A stretch of DNA of 53,254 nucleotides from a virus. Lineage: Duplodnaviria > Heunggongvirae > Uroviricota > Caudoviricetes. Shown here piece by piece: positions 9,270-17,965 of the stretch. The notes below the pieces were generated by a model. That model ran no database searches and was not told the origin of the DNA. It worked only from the letters and a program-made list of their open reading frames with translations. Both the position numbers and the translations under genes were made by a program. Each line of letters begins with the position of its first letter. The first letter of the stretch is position 1. The stretch lies in the IMG/VR virus record IMGVR_UViG_2563366998_000011, positions 1-53,254 of that record, one strand, 5' to 3'.

Positions 9270-9307
9270 CGCTCATTAACAATCTGGTCAGCCGCTGGAA
9301 GTGCGGC
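9270..9307 (+). promoter_or_regulatory. nutL-like site (boxA-like CGCTCATTA plus boxB-like hairpin)
   Basis: CGCTCATTA at 9270-9278 resembles boxA CGCTCTTA; hairpin GCCGC-UGGAAGU-GCGGC at 9291-9307; about 60 bp upstream of the N-like gene. Confidence 0.4.
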
Positions 9308-9363
9308 AATTAACGAAGATGATTTTTTATTAAGTATCATCAAGGATATACGGAGATCAGATT

Positions 9364-9654
9364 ATGAGCGTTACAATTATATATGGTAAATGTGATAGCA
9401 AAATGAATGCCAGGGAACGCAGAAGGATAAAAAGAGAAAACGAAAGAAAATCATCACCTGCAATCAATAAAACAGACAATGTGGATAAAGCTATTCGATT
9501 TGCAAACGAGGAAAGATGCAAACCAAATAGCATTAAAGAACGTCGCAAAGGATCAGTAAAATGGTATACGGAAAATGAAAGCGGCAGCTACTACCACGCA
9601 ACGCAACCACGCCATTTAGGGGAAAAACCCCTGGATAAAGTCCGCTACCATTAA
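9364..9654 (+). CDS. N: N-like transcription antiterminator (P22 gene 24 type)
   Basis: 96 aa; N-terminus MSVTIIYGK...NARERRRIKRENERK parallels the P22 N start and arginine-rich motif as recalled; first gene after cI. Confidence 0.7.
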   Translation: MSVTIIYGKCDSKMNARERRRIKRENERKSSPAINKTDNVDKAIRFANEERCKPNSIKERRKGSVKWYTENESGSYYHATQPRHLGEKPLDKVRYH

Positions 9655-9800
9655 TACAAAATGTAAACATCCGGAGATGACATTATGGTTATTCAGGCGC
9701 TTCAATTCAAACTGGCAGTAGCGGAAATGCTTCACGATGCCGAAATGTGGAGCGCCGCGAATAAAGCCTTATACATAGTGTTAACAGCACGGGAGATTAA

Positions 9801-10445
9801 ATGGTGAAAACAGAGTTACATAAAAAGCTATGGACGATTCAGCAAACGCTGAACGCGCCGAAAAATCAGCGTAATAATTTTGGTGGATATAATTACAGGT
9901 CGGCGGAGGATATTTTAGAGGCGGTTAAACCACTGCTTCAAAATATCACGCTGACTGTTAGTGATGAAATTGTCCTGATCGGCAATCGCTATTATGTGAA
10001 AGCAACGGCGACGCTAAGCGACGGTGAAGACGTAATAGCGGTAACTGCTTATGCCAGGGAGGAAGAAAACAAGAAGGGTATGGACGCCAGCCAGCTAACA
10101 GGAGCAACATCAAGTTACGCGCGTAAATATGCTTTGAACGGTTTATTCTGTATAGATGATGCTCGCGATCCTGATACTGATGCTTACGCGAAGCAGACAG
10201 GCCAGCAGCCGCGACAACAGAAAAACCCACCAAAACAACAACCGCAGCAGAAGAAAGCGCCGCCAAATCCTGATGAAGTATTAGCACGTTTCTGTGATGC
10301 AGCAGCGAAAGCGCAGGACGCTAACAAGCTGCGTGAAATATTTGGCAAATGCTGGAAATTACTACCGGAAGGATCGGAACATCGAATCAAGGCAAAAGAT
10401 GTTTATGACATCCGGGTCGCAGAGCTTAACGGGGAGATGGGTTAA
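9801..10445 (+). CDS. erf: ERF-family single-strand annealing protein
   Basis: 214 aa; NAPKNQ..FGGYNYRS.EDILE.VKPLL ... IGNRYYVKATATL.DGE ... GATSSYARKYALNGLF.IDD pattern consistent with P22 Erf-like proteins as recalled. Confidence 0.7.
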   Translation: MVKTELHKKLWTIQQTLNAPKNQRNNFGGYNYRSAEDILEAVKPLLQNITLTVSDEIVLIGNRYYVKATATLSDGEDVIAVTAYAREEENKKGMDASQLTGATSSYARKYALNGLFCIDDARDPDTDAYAKQTGQQPRQQKNPPKQQPQQKKAPPNPDEVLARFCDAAAKAQDANKLREIFGKCWKLLPEGSEHRIKAKDVYDIRVAELNGEMG

Positions 10446-10864
10446 TGAGTTTGAATTCAATTACGCTGGGCGGGAATATCGGAAACGACATGGAAGTTCG
10501 CTACACGCAAAACGGTAAAGCGATTGGTAGTTTTCCGTTAGCTGTAACGAATGGCTACGGTGATAACAAGCGGACAATGTGGATCACTTGCCTGGTATTT
10601 GGTGAGCGTGCGGAAAAATTAGCGCCACATATCCGCAAGGGTGGAAAAATAGTGGTAAGCGGTCGCCTGGATGTTCGGCAATATGACCGGAACGACGGCA
10701 CGAAGGGGACTGCGGTAGAAGTGGCGGTTAATGAATTTGAATTCATGAATGTTAACCAACAAGGCCAGCAGCAAGGACAGCAGCAGAAAGCGCCGCCGCA
10801 GCAGCAGAATAATAACGGGAATAATCCGCCTCCGATGGACTTCGACGACGATATTCCTTTTTAG
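10445..10864 (+). CDS. ssb: Single-stranded DNA-binding protein
   Basis: 139 aa; OB-fold N-terminus, Gln/Pro-rich linker and C-terminal acidic tail DFDDDIPF. Confidence 0.9.
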   Translation: MSLNSITLGGNIGNDMEVRYTQNGKAIGSFPLAVTNGYGDNKRTMWITCLVFGERAEKLAPHIRKGGKIVVSGRLDVRQYDRNDGTKGTAVEVAVNEFEFMNVNQQGQQQGQQQKAPPQQQNNNGNNPPPMDFDDDIPF

Positions 10865-10880
10865 AATCAATGTGTTAGCG

Positions 10881-11159
10881 ATGAGTGATTATCTAAAACC
10901 GCCGCCGCAACCACGAACAAAAGAGCAAGTATTAAAAGAAGCCCGCGATCAAATCGATCGCGGGCTTTTTTTATGCGGCACGGCAGCGGAACGGATGGCA
11001 AAAAGATTTAGTGACCTGTACGCAAAACAAATATGGTTCGACAACTGGCAGGCAAGTTTTTATCCGCTGCAAAGAAAACCGGATATGCATTGGCCTGAAT
11101 ATGTCGATCCGCGTATGCGCAAATATCGCGGGCGTATGGGCCAGGTTATTAACGATTAA
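10881..11159 (+). CDS. Hypothetical protein (boundaries uncertain)
   Basis: ORF 10749..11159 overlaps ssb; first ATG after ssb at 10881; contains the terminator hairpin in its 5' part. Confidence 0.35.
   Translation: MSDYLKPPPQPRTKEQVLKEARDQIDRGLFLCGTAAERMAKRFSDLYAKQIWFDNWQASFYPLQRKPDMHWPEYVDPRMRKYRGRMGQVIND
10941..10972 (+). terminator. Strong intrinsic terminator-like hairpin downstream of ssb
   Basis: perfect 10-bp stem GCCCGCGATC/GATCGCGGGC, 5-nt loop, then TTTTTTT; lies inside the next predicted ORF. Confidence 0.5.
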
Positions 11160-11173
11160 TGAGGTATTAAATC

Positions 11174-11398
11174 ATGATCGAAGATAAAGAAGTTGACAAT
11201 GAAATTCCTGACGGCGCTGATGAACTTATCACTTTCGGTGGCGGGCTGTACGAGTTTGAAACGTCGGCTGGGTGGACGGATAAGTGGCCTTTCCCAACGC
11301 GCCAGGAATTAAGCGTTCGTAAATCATTTGGCGAAGATGCCGAACGGCTGGCTAATAACAAGTGGCTTAATAAGTTTATTGCGGAGGGTGGCAAATGA
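11174..11398 (+). CDS. Hypothetical protein
   Basis: 74 aa ORF. Confidence 0.45.
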   Translation: MIEDKEVDNEIPDGADELITFGGGLYEFETSAGWTDKWPFPTRQELSVRKSFGEDAERLANNKWLNKFIAEGGK

Positions 11399-11508
11399 AC
11401 CTTGCAAAAATTGCCGCATTGCTTGCGGCTTTGTCTATCGCTGTGCTGTATCTCAGCGCATCTCTTTATATCACGGCAGCGATCATTAAACTCATTACTA
11501 ACATGTGA
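11395..11508 (+). CDS. Small hydrophobic membrane peptide (37 aa)
   Basis: MNLAKIAALLAALSIAVLYLSASLYITAAIIKLITNM; GGAGGGTGG RBS; ATGA overlap with upstream stop. Confidence 0.4.
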   Translation: MNLAKIAALLAALSIAVLYLSASLYITAAIIKLITNM

Positions 11509-11516
11509 GGCCAATT

Positions 11517-11636
11517 ATGAAAGTCGGTAAGGATATTGTGACTGTCGCGTTTTGCATTATTTGCTTCCTGTTTGTGTTTGTTTCTTGTGGCGCATTTGCT
11601 GCGCTGGTTAGCTTTATTTTCAGAGGGTTGCTGTGA
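11517..11636 (+). CDS. Small hydrophobic membrane peptide (39 aa)
   Basis: MKVGKDIVTVAFCIICFLFVFVSCGAFAALVSFIFRGLL; TGAGG RBS; stop overlaps next start. Confidence 0.4.
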   Translation: MKVGKDIVTVAFCIICFLFVFVSCGAFAALVSFIFRGLL

Positions 11637-11908
11637 TGAAAACATGGGATGCAAAGTCTGGTGATCTTGTCGTGTTGCCTGAATATCGTGATGACCCTGG
11701 CCTGGTTGTACTGAATAAGATGTATAACGATCTCGAGCGCCCGCTAGTGGTTAAATACCTGGACGGAACAATCATCGAACCGCGCTACTTTGATGATATT
11801 GAACTGAAGGCCCGCAATGTTCGCGTTAAGCCGTTCCGGGCTTATGCTGAAAACCACTGGCGGAAATTGTTCGCCGGACTGAATGGGATGTTCGGCGTAT
11901 GGCTATAA
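11636..11908 (+). CDS. Hypothetical protein
   Basis: ORF 11633..11908; ATG at 11636. Confidence 0.45.
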   Translation: MKTWDAKSGDLVVLPEYRDDPGLVVLNKMYNDLERPLVVKYLDGTIIEPRYFDDIELKARNVRVKPFRAYAENHWRKLFAGLNGMFGVWL

Positions 11909-12090
11909 AATTGGTGAAAGTTAAAGATTTAAAAGGCGGCGAAAAGATCCGAACGTGGTATGGGTATAAATTTATCATAGCTGCCTTTTCTTTTGGGCCT
12001 GGTGGTCAGGTAACATTATTTGACGAGGAAGATGATGAGGTGGGTCAATGGCATCTTGAACAATATGTTGAGGTGTTAAATGAAAATTAA
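11899..12090 (+). CDS. Hypothetical protein
   Basis: 63 aa ORF. Confidence 0.4.
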   Translation: MAIKLVKVKDLKGGEKIRTWYGYKFIIAAFSFGPGGQVTLFDEEDDEVGQWHLEQYVEVLNEN

Positions 12091-12412
12091 ATTCCATAAA
12101 GCATATGATAGCGAAACAAACAAGCTATCACTATTTATCGAATTCGAACGCCGGATCGTGGTTGTGCCCTGGGCGCGGCGCTTCAATGACGCTGGCGGAC
12201 GTAGACAATTCGCGGTCGATATGCTGTTACGCGGCTGCGGCCTTATGCGTCCGCTATCTGATTTAAAACGAATGATGCCGGGATCGTTCGGTCAGATTGA
12301 TGAAATAGAAATAAGCCCGGAAGAACTGAAACGGGAGCGTGATTTATTCCTTTCAAGCGAAGGAAACCCGTTTAATTCAGAAACTGAAATGAAATGGCAT
12401 CACCCACTATAA
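12080..12412 (+). CDS. Hypothetical protein
   Basis: 110 aa ORF. Confidence 0.45.
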   Translation: MKIKFHKAYDSETNKLSLFIEFERRIVVVPWARRFNDAGGRRQFAVDMLLRGCGLMRPLSDLKRMMPGSFGQIDEIEISPEELKRERDLFLSSEGNPFNSETEMKWHHPL

Positions 12413-12425
12413 AAGGATAAATATC

Positions 12426-13046
12426 ATGAACGACATCAAAACAGCTTACTCTCTCGGTAATGAAGGTATGTTGATCACTCGCTATACAGATGATGCAAAC
12501 TTTCACGAAGTGGAAATTAAAGATTATCACGAAGTATTGAAAGATATGGAAGCTGGCGCGTATGACGCTGATTTGAATCTGGCGCTACAGGTTGTTGATA
12601 TTGTGATGGGTGCGTCAATCCGCGATTACGTGTCTTTAAGTATGGAAGAAAAAACATCGGTAGCGCGTTATGTATTCTCTCTTACTTTTGTGAAGCGCAT
12701 GGAGGAAGAATTCGGACGCGTACCAGTGCCGGAAGAGGTTGATCCGCTCGCGTTCGGAAGTGCTGTCATTTTCCCGTTGAACAAGGAACAGCTTGGTAGT
12801 GTTTCACTGCATTCTATGCGCGTCCTGATGAAAAATATCTTTGAGGTTAAGATGTTGCAGAAATGCATTGAGGAAGGCCACAAAGAGGAAGAAGTAAAAG
12901 CGCTCATGCCATTGTTTTACGGTGAAATGGTTGGCAATGATATGCGTGCAAATGATTTCGGCGTACAGGCGGCTATCGCTGTGCTTAATTACGCACGGAA
13001 AAACGCACAGCCGACGCCTGAACAGGGAAAACGTGTACTGCATTAA
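12426..13046 (+). CDS. Hypothetical protein
   Basis: 206 aa ORF; no recognisable motif. Confidence 0.5.
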   Translation: MNDIKTAYSLGNEGMLITRYTDDANFHEVEIKDYHEVLKDMEAGAYDADLNLALQVVDIVMGASIRDYVSLSMEEKTSVARYVFSLTFVKRMEEEFGRVPVPEEVDPLAFGSAVIFPLNKEQLGSVSLHSMRVLMKNIFEVKMLQKCIEEGHKEEEVKALMPLFYGEMVGNDMRANDFGVQAAIAVLNYARKNAQPTPEQGKRVLH

Positions 13047-13145
13047 CCGAGTAATTCCGATCACATAAATATACATTTTGTATTGTGATTGTATATCCGT
13101 TTTGTAAGCCGAAATCAAAAGGTTTACGGTGCGGAGGAAGCAAAA

Positions 13146-13364
13146 ATGGAACGCGAATTGATGCTTTATTGCGTAGAAGGTGGCGTAGGTCACGATGCCT
13201 ACGTCGCCGGGAAAGACTATCCAGCCGATGAAGTGCTTTCTAATATGCACTTCAGAGAAAATGAAAGCCAGGTGTCTGTGTGGAAACGGTGTATTGATGG
13301 TATTGAGGTTGTAAGTATCGAACGGTATTTAGGCACGTTTGATTACGGTGTTATTGAGGCTTAA
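13146..13364 (+). CDS. Hypothetical protein
   Basis: ORF 13089..13364; likely start MERELML at 13146 after GGAGGAAG. Confidence 0.4.
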   Translation: MERELMLYCVEGGVGHDAYVAGKDYPADEVLSNMHFRENESQVSVWKRCIDGIEVVSIERYLGTFDYGVIEA

Positions 13365-13462
13365 TTATGGACGATACATTGTTTTATATGTGCTGTTTCT
13401 GGGGTTTTATTGCCTTATACCTGTTTATCAGGTGGTTTATTGAATACCATATGAGGTAATGT

Positions 13463-13657
13463 ATGGAACAAGAAACTGATTATCGAATACCTGATAGCCT
13501 AAAATTAGTTGGCATTGGTTTCGGGTGTAGATTTGTATCTGACGCAAAAGGAGCGATTTATTTAATACGTCTTATTGATGGCGTTCAACATATAAGGAGA
13601 TTAGGAATTTACATCAAAGCATTCAGAAGAGGTTATTTAAAAACTCATGAAATTTAA
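13463..13657 (+). CDS. Hypothetical protein
   Basis: 64 aa ORF. Confidence 0.35.
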   Translation: MEQETDYRIPDSLKLVGIGFGCRFVSDAKGAIYLIRLIDGVQHIRRLGIYIKAFRRGYLKTHEI

Positions 13658-13850
13658 ACATTACATGGAATGGAAAATTCCAGAAGCAGCAACAAAGGCA
13701 GCGCCAGGAAATTTTTCTGGCGTTTATTTTTATATGGATGGCAAATGGTATTTCGGCAGCAGGCCGGATCACTACTATCAAGAAATATGCAAGCCTCACG
13801 TATGGGATATTAAAGAGCGCGTGAAAGGCGGGGTAATTGAGGACGTTTAA
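13647..13850 (+). CDS. Hypothetical protein
   Basis: 67 aa ORF. Confidence 0.4.
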   Translation: MKFKHYMEWKIPEAATKAAPGNFSGVYFYMDGKWYFGSRPDHYYQEICKPHVWDIKERVKGGVIEDV

Positions 13851-14088
13851 AATGCTTAAGAGCTTTTTTAACTGGTTGGGGGCGTGGCTTTTGGCTACGC
13901 TTTTTGTTTTCCTGGCGGCCCTGACTGTTATCGGTGTTATTATGCTGGGGGCTATGTTTATTACGTGGTCGCTTCCTGAATTTAACGACATTGGGAATAT
14001 TCTTTTTGCAGCCCGCGCTTTATTGGCTGTTAGCGCATTCATTGGTTTTTGCTGGACTGCCGCGCCGGATTGGACTGACACATGGTGA
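13837..14088 (+). CDS. Hypothetical membrane protein (two predicted TM helices)
   Basis: 83 aa; two long hydrophobic stretches. Confidence 0.45.
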   Translation: MRTFKMLKSFFNWLGAWLLATLFVFLAALTVIGVIMLGAMFITWSLPEFNDIGNILFAARALLAVSAFIGFCWTAAPDWTDTW

Positions 14089-14092
14089 TCCT

Positions 14093-14326
14093 ATGGCCTT
14101 ATTCAATATGTCAGAGCCGCAATTTAACGCCGTAAAGACTGCCGCCCGCGCCGCGCTTTCGGCCTGCAAAGCGGAGGTAGAGAAGAACGGCTACAGCGAT
14201 AAAGCCACGCGGCTGATACTCGACAAGCATTATCGCAAGGTCGCCCCGCTAATCAGCATTGAGCGTTTTGTGTGGTTGGTGGGGTATCTGAATAACCGCT
14301 GGGGGACGGAGCAGGATTATTTCTAA
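14093..14326 (+). CDS. Hypothetical protein
   Basis: ORF 13934..14326; likely start MALFNMSEPQ at 14093. Confidence 0.4.
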   Translation: MALFNMSEPQFNAVKTAARAALSACKAEVEKNGYSDKATRLILDKHYRKVAPLISIERFVWLVGYLNNRWGTEQDYF

Positions 14327-14336
14327 GGGGGACGCA

Positions 14337-14876
14337 ATGAAAAATGATTACGGCGGCAGTCATACGCCGAAAGAAATAAAAGACCTATGGCAGACGCCGA
14401 AACCTGTTTTTAGAGGAATGGATCGGGAATTCGAATTCGTCGCGGACGTGGCGGCAAACAAGGCAAATGCATTAGTTCCGCGATATATAACCGAAGAAAT
14501 GAACACGCTTAATTACCCGTGGGGAGCGGTGGCGATGCCTGGTGAATATGTCTGGATGAATCCACCATATTCTAATCCGGGACCATTCGTTGATAAGGCG
14601 GCGTTTGAACACCACCGAAATCATATTGGCTGTGTAATGTTATTGCCAGCCGACACTTCTGTTAGTTGGTTTATGAACGGCGTGGAGACGGCAAATGAAT
14701 GCCGATTAATCACGCGCGGGCGGCTGGCGTTTATTAATGCCGCGACGGGTAAACCAGCAAGCGGAAACAATAAGGGGAGCTTGTTCTTGATCTGGCATCC
14801 ACGGTGCAGACATGAATGTATTTTCACGCAGATAACACGTAAAGAGCTATATGCAAGAGGTGCAGATAATGACTAA
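14337..14876 (+). CDS. dam: Phage-type DNA N6-adenine methyltransferase (Dam family)
   Basis: 179 aa; catalytic NPPY motif (WMNPPYSNPGPF); size and layout typical of small orphan phage Dam. Confidence 0.8.
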   Translation: MKNDYGGSHTPKEIKDLWQTPKPVFRGMDREFEFVADVAANKANALVPRYITEEMNTLNYPWGAVAMPGEYVWMNPPYSNPGPFVDKAAFEHHRNHIGCVMLLPADTSVSWFMNGVETANECRLITRGRLAFINAATGKPASGNNKGSLFLIWHPRCRHECIFTQITRKELYARGADND

Positions 14877-15201
14877 GGCAGCAGATTTATTGAGACTTGC
14901 AGCGGAAACCATAGAGCAAAGAGGTAAACAAAACGGCTACGACAAAAAAGAGGAAAAATCAGCGCCAAAAATAGCCACTATTTACAACGCTAAGAAGGGA
15001 GCAGATTTAACCCCGCTTGATGTATGGGATCTGCTAATTTGTCTCAAGGAGGCGCGTTTAGAGGCCATTTTAAGCAATAAATCAGATCCGACAGACACGC
15101 TAATTGATTTGATTAGCTATAACGCGCTAAAAGCGGAGCAAATATTAACGGAGCGGGAGGAAGCACAAAGAAAGAAACGGGCTGTTTTGATATACCGTTA
15201 A
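14869..15201 (+). CDS. Hypothetical protein
   Basis: ORF 14851..15201; likely start MTKAADLL at 14869 after AAGAGG. Confidence 0.4.
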   Translation: MTKAADLLRLAAETIEQRGKQNGYDKKEEKSAPKIATIYNAKKGADLTPLDVWDLLICLKEARLEAILSNKSDPTDTLIDLISYNALKAEQILTEREEAQRKKRAVLIYR

Positions 15202-15339
15202 ATTGCGGCTGTAAGAATGCCTCAATACCAGGCGACTTAATCGCCAGCAGCAAGGTAACGCTAAATAGTGTCCTTGCAAACAGGCTTGATGGTAAGTGTG
15301 ATAACGAATCACTACTACGCGCGGCGGGGTATCATAAAA

Positions 15340-15843
15340 ATGGAAAGGGTGACAATTGACAGGTTATTGGCCTGCATTTATGTCGCCGTTTTCGTGATCA
15401 TTAACCTTATTGTTAACCACTGCGGCCCGTGGGTAATTCCGATCACCACGGTAGCCGCCGTGTGCGTCAATATGATGATCCGTGACTTCCTGTTATATGA
15501 CGGCGGCCTGAAATGGTCGGCTACAACATGCGCCGCCGCTGGCGCAATCACGGTGCTGATAAACTACGATGCCGGGATGGTGGCGATCGCGTCATTCGTC
15601 GCGGTTGTTTCCGGTGCGCTTATTTCTGGCGGTGTTTACCGGATTTTACCTGGCGATTTCGATTCAAAACGCTGGCCTGCGAATATAGCGTCCGCCATTG
15701 GTGATGCGTTAATTTTTCCCACGCTATCGTTTATGGCATTTATGCCGGAAATATCAGCTATGCAATTCATCTCAAAAATGGCGGCTGTAACGGTGATCAC
15801 TATCATCATTCGTCGCTATTTTACGTTCGAGGGTAGGAAATGA
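15340..15843 (+). CDS. Multi-pass membrane protein, tentatively YhhQ/VUT-family (queuosine-precursor transporter-like)
   Basis: ORF 15268..15843 (start uncertain: 15289 or 15340); 4-5 hydrophobic helices; RWPANIASAIGDALIFPTLSFMAF resembles E. coli YhhQ RWWLAPTASTLFGNVSDTLAFFFIAF as recalled; stop overlaps next start. Confidence 0.45.
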   Translation: MERVTIDRLLACIYVAVFVIINLIVNHCGPWVIPITTVAAVCVNMMIRDFLLYDGGLKWSATTCAAAGAITVLINYDAGMVAIASFVAVVSGALISGGVYRILPGDFDSKRWPANIASAIGDALIFPTLSFMAFMPEISAMQFISKMAAVTVITIIIRRYFTFEGRK

Positions 15844-16604
15844 GTGGGCTTAGAAATTGGGTGGTGTGGTCGCTGTACGACGGCAGCGGGTACGCCGTTA
15901 AAGATTGGGCCGACGCTGGCTATAAGTGTTATTGTTTCAATTATGACGGCGCTAATCATGGCGATTATGAAGGCGTCAAGATCATTCATCCTAACATTGA
16001 ATATGTCAACGTATGGATTGACAGCCATTTCCTGGTAATGTTCTCCCCTGAATTGTCTGTTTATCCAGATCCTGACATTATCCTGGGCTTTCCTCCGTGC
16101 GACGATCTTGCGGTGTCCGGCGCTCGTTGGTTTTCAAGCAAGCGTGAAAAAGATCCTTACTTCCAGCAGAAGGCGGCATACAACGCAAAACTGGTAGAAA
16201 CGCTTGCTGACATGTACCACGTCCCGTGGATGGTGGAAAACCCGGTTGGAGCACTGTCAACGTTATGGCGTAAGCCGGATTTCATTTTTAATCCGTGCGC
16301 TTACGGTGGCTACCTGCCGGAAGATGATAAGCATCCAGCTTTCCCGGAATACATCGCCGACCGCGACGCCTACACGAAGAAAACTTGTATCTGGTGCGGC
16401 AACGGATTTAAACAGCCGCTATTTCGGCCTGTACCAATGCCTGATGAGTGGGAAGATAGTAAGCAGCACGCGAAGTTAGGCTGGAAGTCGAAGCGCACTA
16501 AGATGATCCGCTCACTCACGCCGCGAGGATTCGCCCGTGCTGTATTCCTGGCTAATGACCGGGCAATCACGCGGACTACTCTTAACCGCGTTTTACCGGA
16601 TTGA
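15840..16604 (+). CDS. Short DNA (cytosine-5)-methyltransferase-like protein
   Basis: 254 aa; motif I-like LYDGSGY, motif IV GFPPCDD, motif VI MVENPVG, motif IX-like IRSLTPRGFARAVF; unusually short variable region. Confidence 0.6.
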   Translation: MSGLRNWVVWSLYDGSGYAVKDWADAGYKCYCFNYDGANHGDYEGVKIIHPNIEYVNVWIDSHFLVMFSPELSVYPDPDIILGFPPCDDLAVSGARWFSSKREKDPYFQQKAAYNAKLVETLADMYHVPWMVENPVGALSTLWRKPDFIFNPCAYGGYLPEDDKHPAFPEYIADRDAYTKKTCIWCGNGFKQPLFRPVPMPDEWEDSKQHAKLGWKSKRTKMIRSLTPRGFARAVFLANDRAITRTTLNRVLPD

Positions 16605-16764
16605 TGTTTACAAAATGGCGTCATTGTGTGATGCGGATCACATAATGGCGCTTTATTGTTTGTTCGCATGTATCCGTTTTGTATACTTCAAACAAACAAA
16701 ATGCTCTTTAAAAATCCGGTAACGCTGAAATGCGTAAAAATCACCTGAAAAAGGAGAGAGCATT

Positions 16765-16941
16765 ATGTCTTTTGAGAATTACCAATGGCATGACGACTAT
16801 GAACGGGAAAGTGTCATGCGTGCAATGTGCAGTGTATGCAGCACGAAGAAGGGAGAATGTAACGAGTGCAACGAATGCGTAGATCGCTTGCTAAGGGCTG
16901 GACACGCCGAAAGGCTGAACGAAACAGAGAATCAAGAATAA
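16765..16941 (+). CDS. Small Cys-rich (zinc-ribbon-like) protein, 58 aa
   Basis: MSFENYQWHDDYERE...CSVCSTKKGECNECNEC; AAAGGAGAGAG RBS; below track cutoff. Confidence 0.4.
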   Translation: MSFENYQWHDDYERESVMRAMCSVCSTKKGECNECNECVDRLLRAGHAERLNETENQE

Positions 16942-16956
16942 TCGGGGTGGTTTTTA

Positions 16957-17561
16957 TGCAAAACCCTAAGAAACCAATAAGACGCCGTTGCAAATGCTGC
17001 GGCGTTTTTTTTGAGCCTAAATATCACAATCAAACGTGGTGCAGCGATGAATGTCTGGAAGAACTGAAGTTTGACCAGCTATGCCGCGACCGTGAGAAGG
17101 CTATGAAGGCTATGGAGCGGAAGAAACGCCGTGATAGCCAGAGGGAAGAACGCAACCGGAAGCGTAAACAGTTAAATCCGCGTAGTTATTGGATCAAACA
17201 AGTTCAAAATGTATTTAACGCCTATATTCGCGAACGTGACGCGCGCTTGCCGTGTATATCTTGCGGGACTTACTACGGTGAGCAATGCGGGTGGGATGCA
17301 GGTCATTACAGGACGGTAGCCGCCGCCGGACACCTTCGCTTCAACGAGGATAATTGCCATAAGCAATGTAGGCACTGCAACCAGACACTAGACGGCAGCA
17401 TCGGAGGGTATCGCCCGGCACTGATTCGAAAAATTGGCCTCGCAAGGGTGGTAGCACTGGAAAACAACAATGATACGCATAAATGGACGATCGCAGAATG
17501 TAAGGAGCTAATAAACATCTATCAGGCGAAATTGGACGCCTTAAGGAGAAAGGCAGCATGA
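16957..17561 (+). CDS. ninG: NinG / Rap recombination protein
   Basis: ORF 16866..17561; likely start MQNPKKPIRRRCKCCG at 16957; NinG-type Cys clusters (CKCCG, CISCG, CRHCN) and FNAYIRERD motif; about 200 aa as lambda NinG. Confidence 0.8.
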
Positions 17562-17965
17562 ATGAATATACTTTTAGCCTGCCTTACCCGCCATCGAATA
17601 ACCGCTATTACCGACATTCACGGGGTTTTCACTATATCAGCGAAGTGGGGAAGGAATACCGGGAACAAGTAAAAGACATCATCGAATTATTAAATCTAGA
17701 CATTAACCTGTCTTGCCGACTGGCAATCGCCATTTATGCCGCGCCGCCTGATAACCGGACCAGGGATCTTGATAATATCCCTAAATGCCTATTTGACAGC
17801 CTTACTTATGCCGGATTTTGGAAAGATGATGGACAAATTGACTCAATAAAAATTGTCCGCTGCCGGAAGGTAAAAGGCGGACGCTTGTTTATTAAGATCC
17901 GCGAACGCGGCGACCTACTACCGGATATTGACGAATACGCGACTAATATGTGGGGTGAGCAATGA
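17558..17965 (+). CDS. rusA: Holliday junction resolvase RusA
   Basis: 135 aa; LPYPPSNNRYYRH and RDLDN motifs match E. coli RusA closely. Confidence 0.9.
   Translation: MNEYTFSLPYPPSNNRYYRHSRGFHYISEVGKEYREQVKDIIELLNLDINLSCRLAIAIYAAPPDNRTRDLDNIPKCLFDSLTYAGFWKDDGQIDSIKIVRCRKVKGGRLFIKIRERGDLLPDIDEYATNMWGEQ

Noticed and set aside
8864-9363. tRNA or structured ncRNA in the 500-bp gap between cI and N
   Set aside because: No cloverleaf-compatible stems or conserved T-loop/anticodon architecture seen by eye; the region is better explained as promoter/operator plus nut site. Not excluded without a covariance-model search.
10749-10880. N-terminal extension of ORF 10749..11159
   Set aside because: Overlaps the ssb C-terminus in another frame; first plausible start is after the ssb stop.
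16866-16956. Upstream start of the NinG ORF at 16866
   Set aside because: Would overlap the separately initiated 58-aa Cys-rich ORF (strong RBS at 16751); ATG at 16957 gives a NinG of about 200 aa as in lambda.
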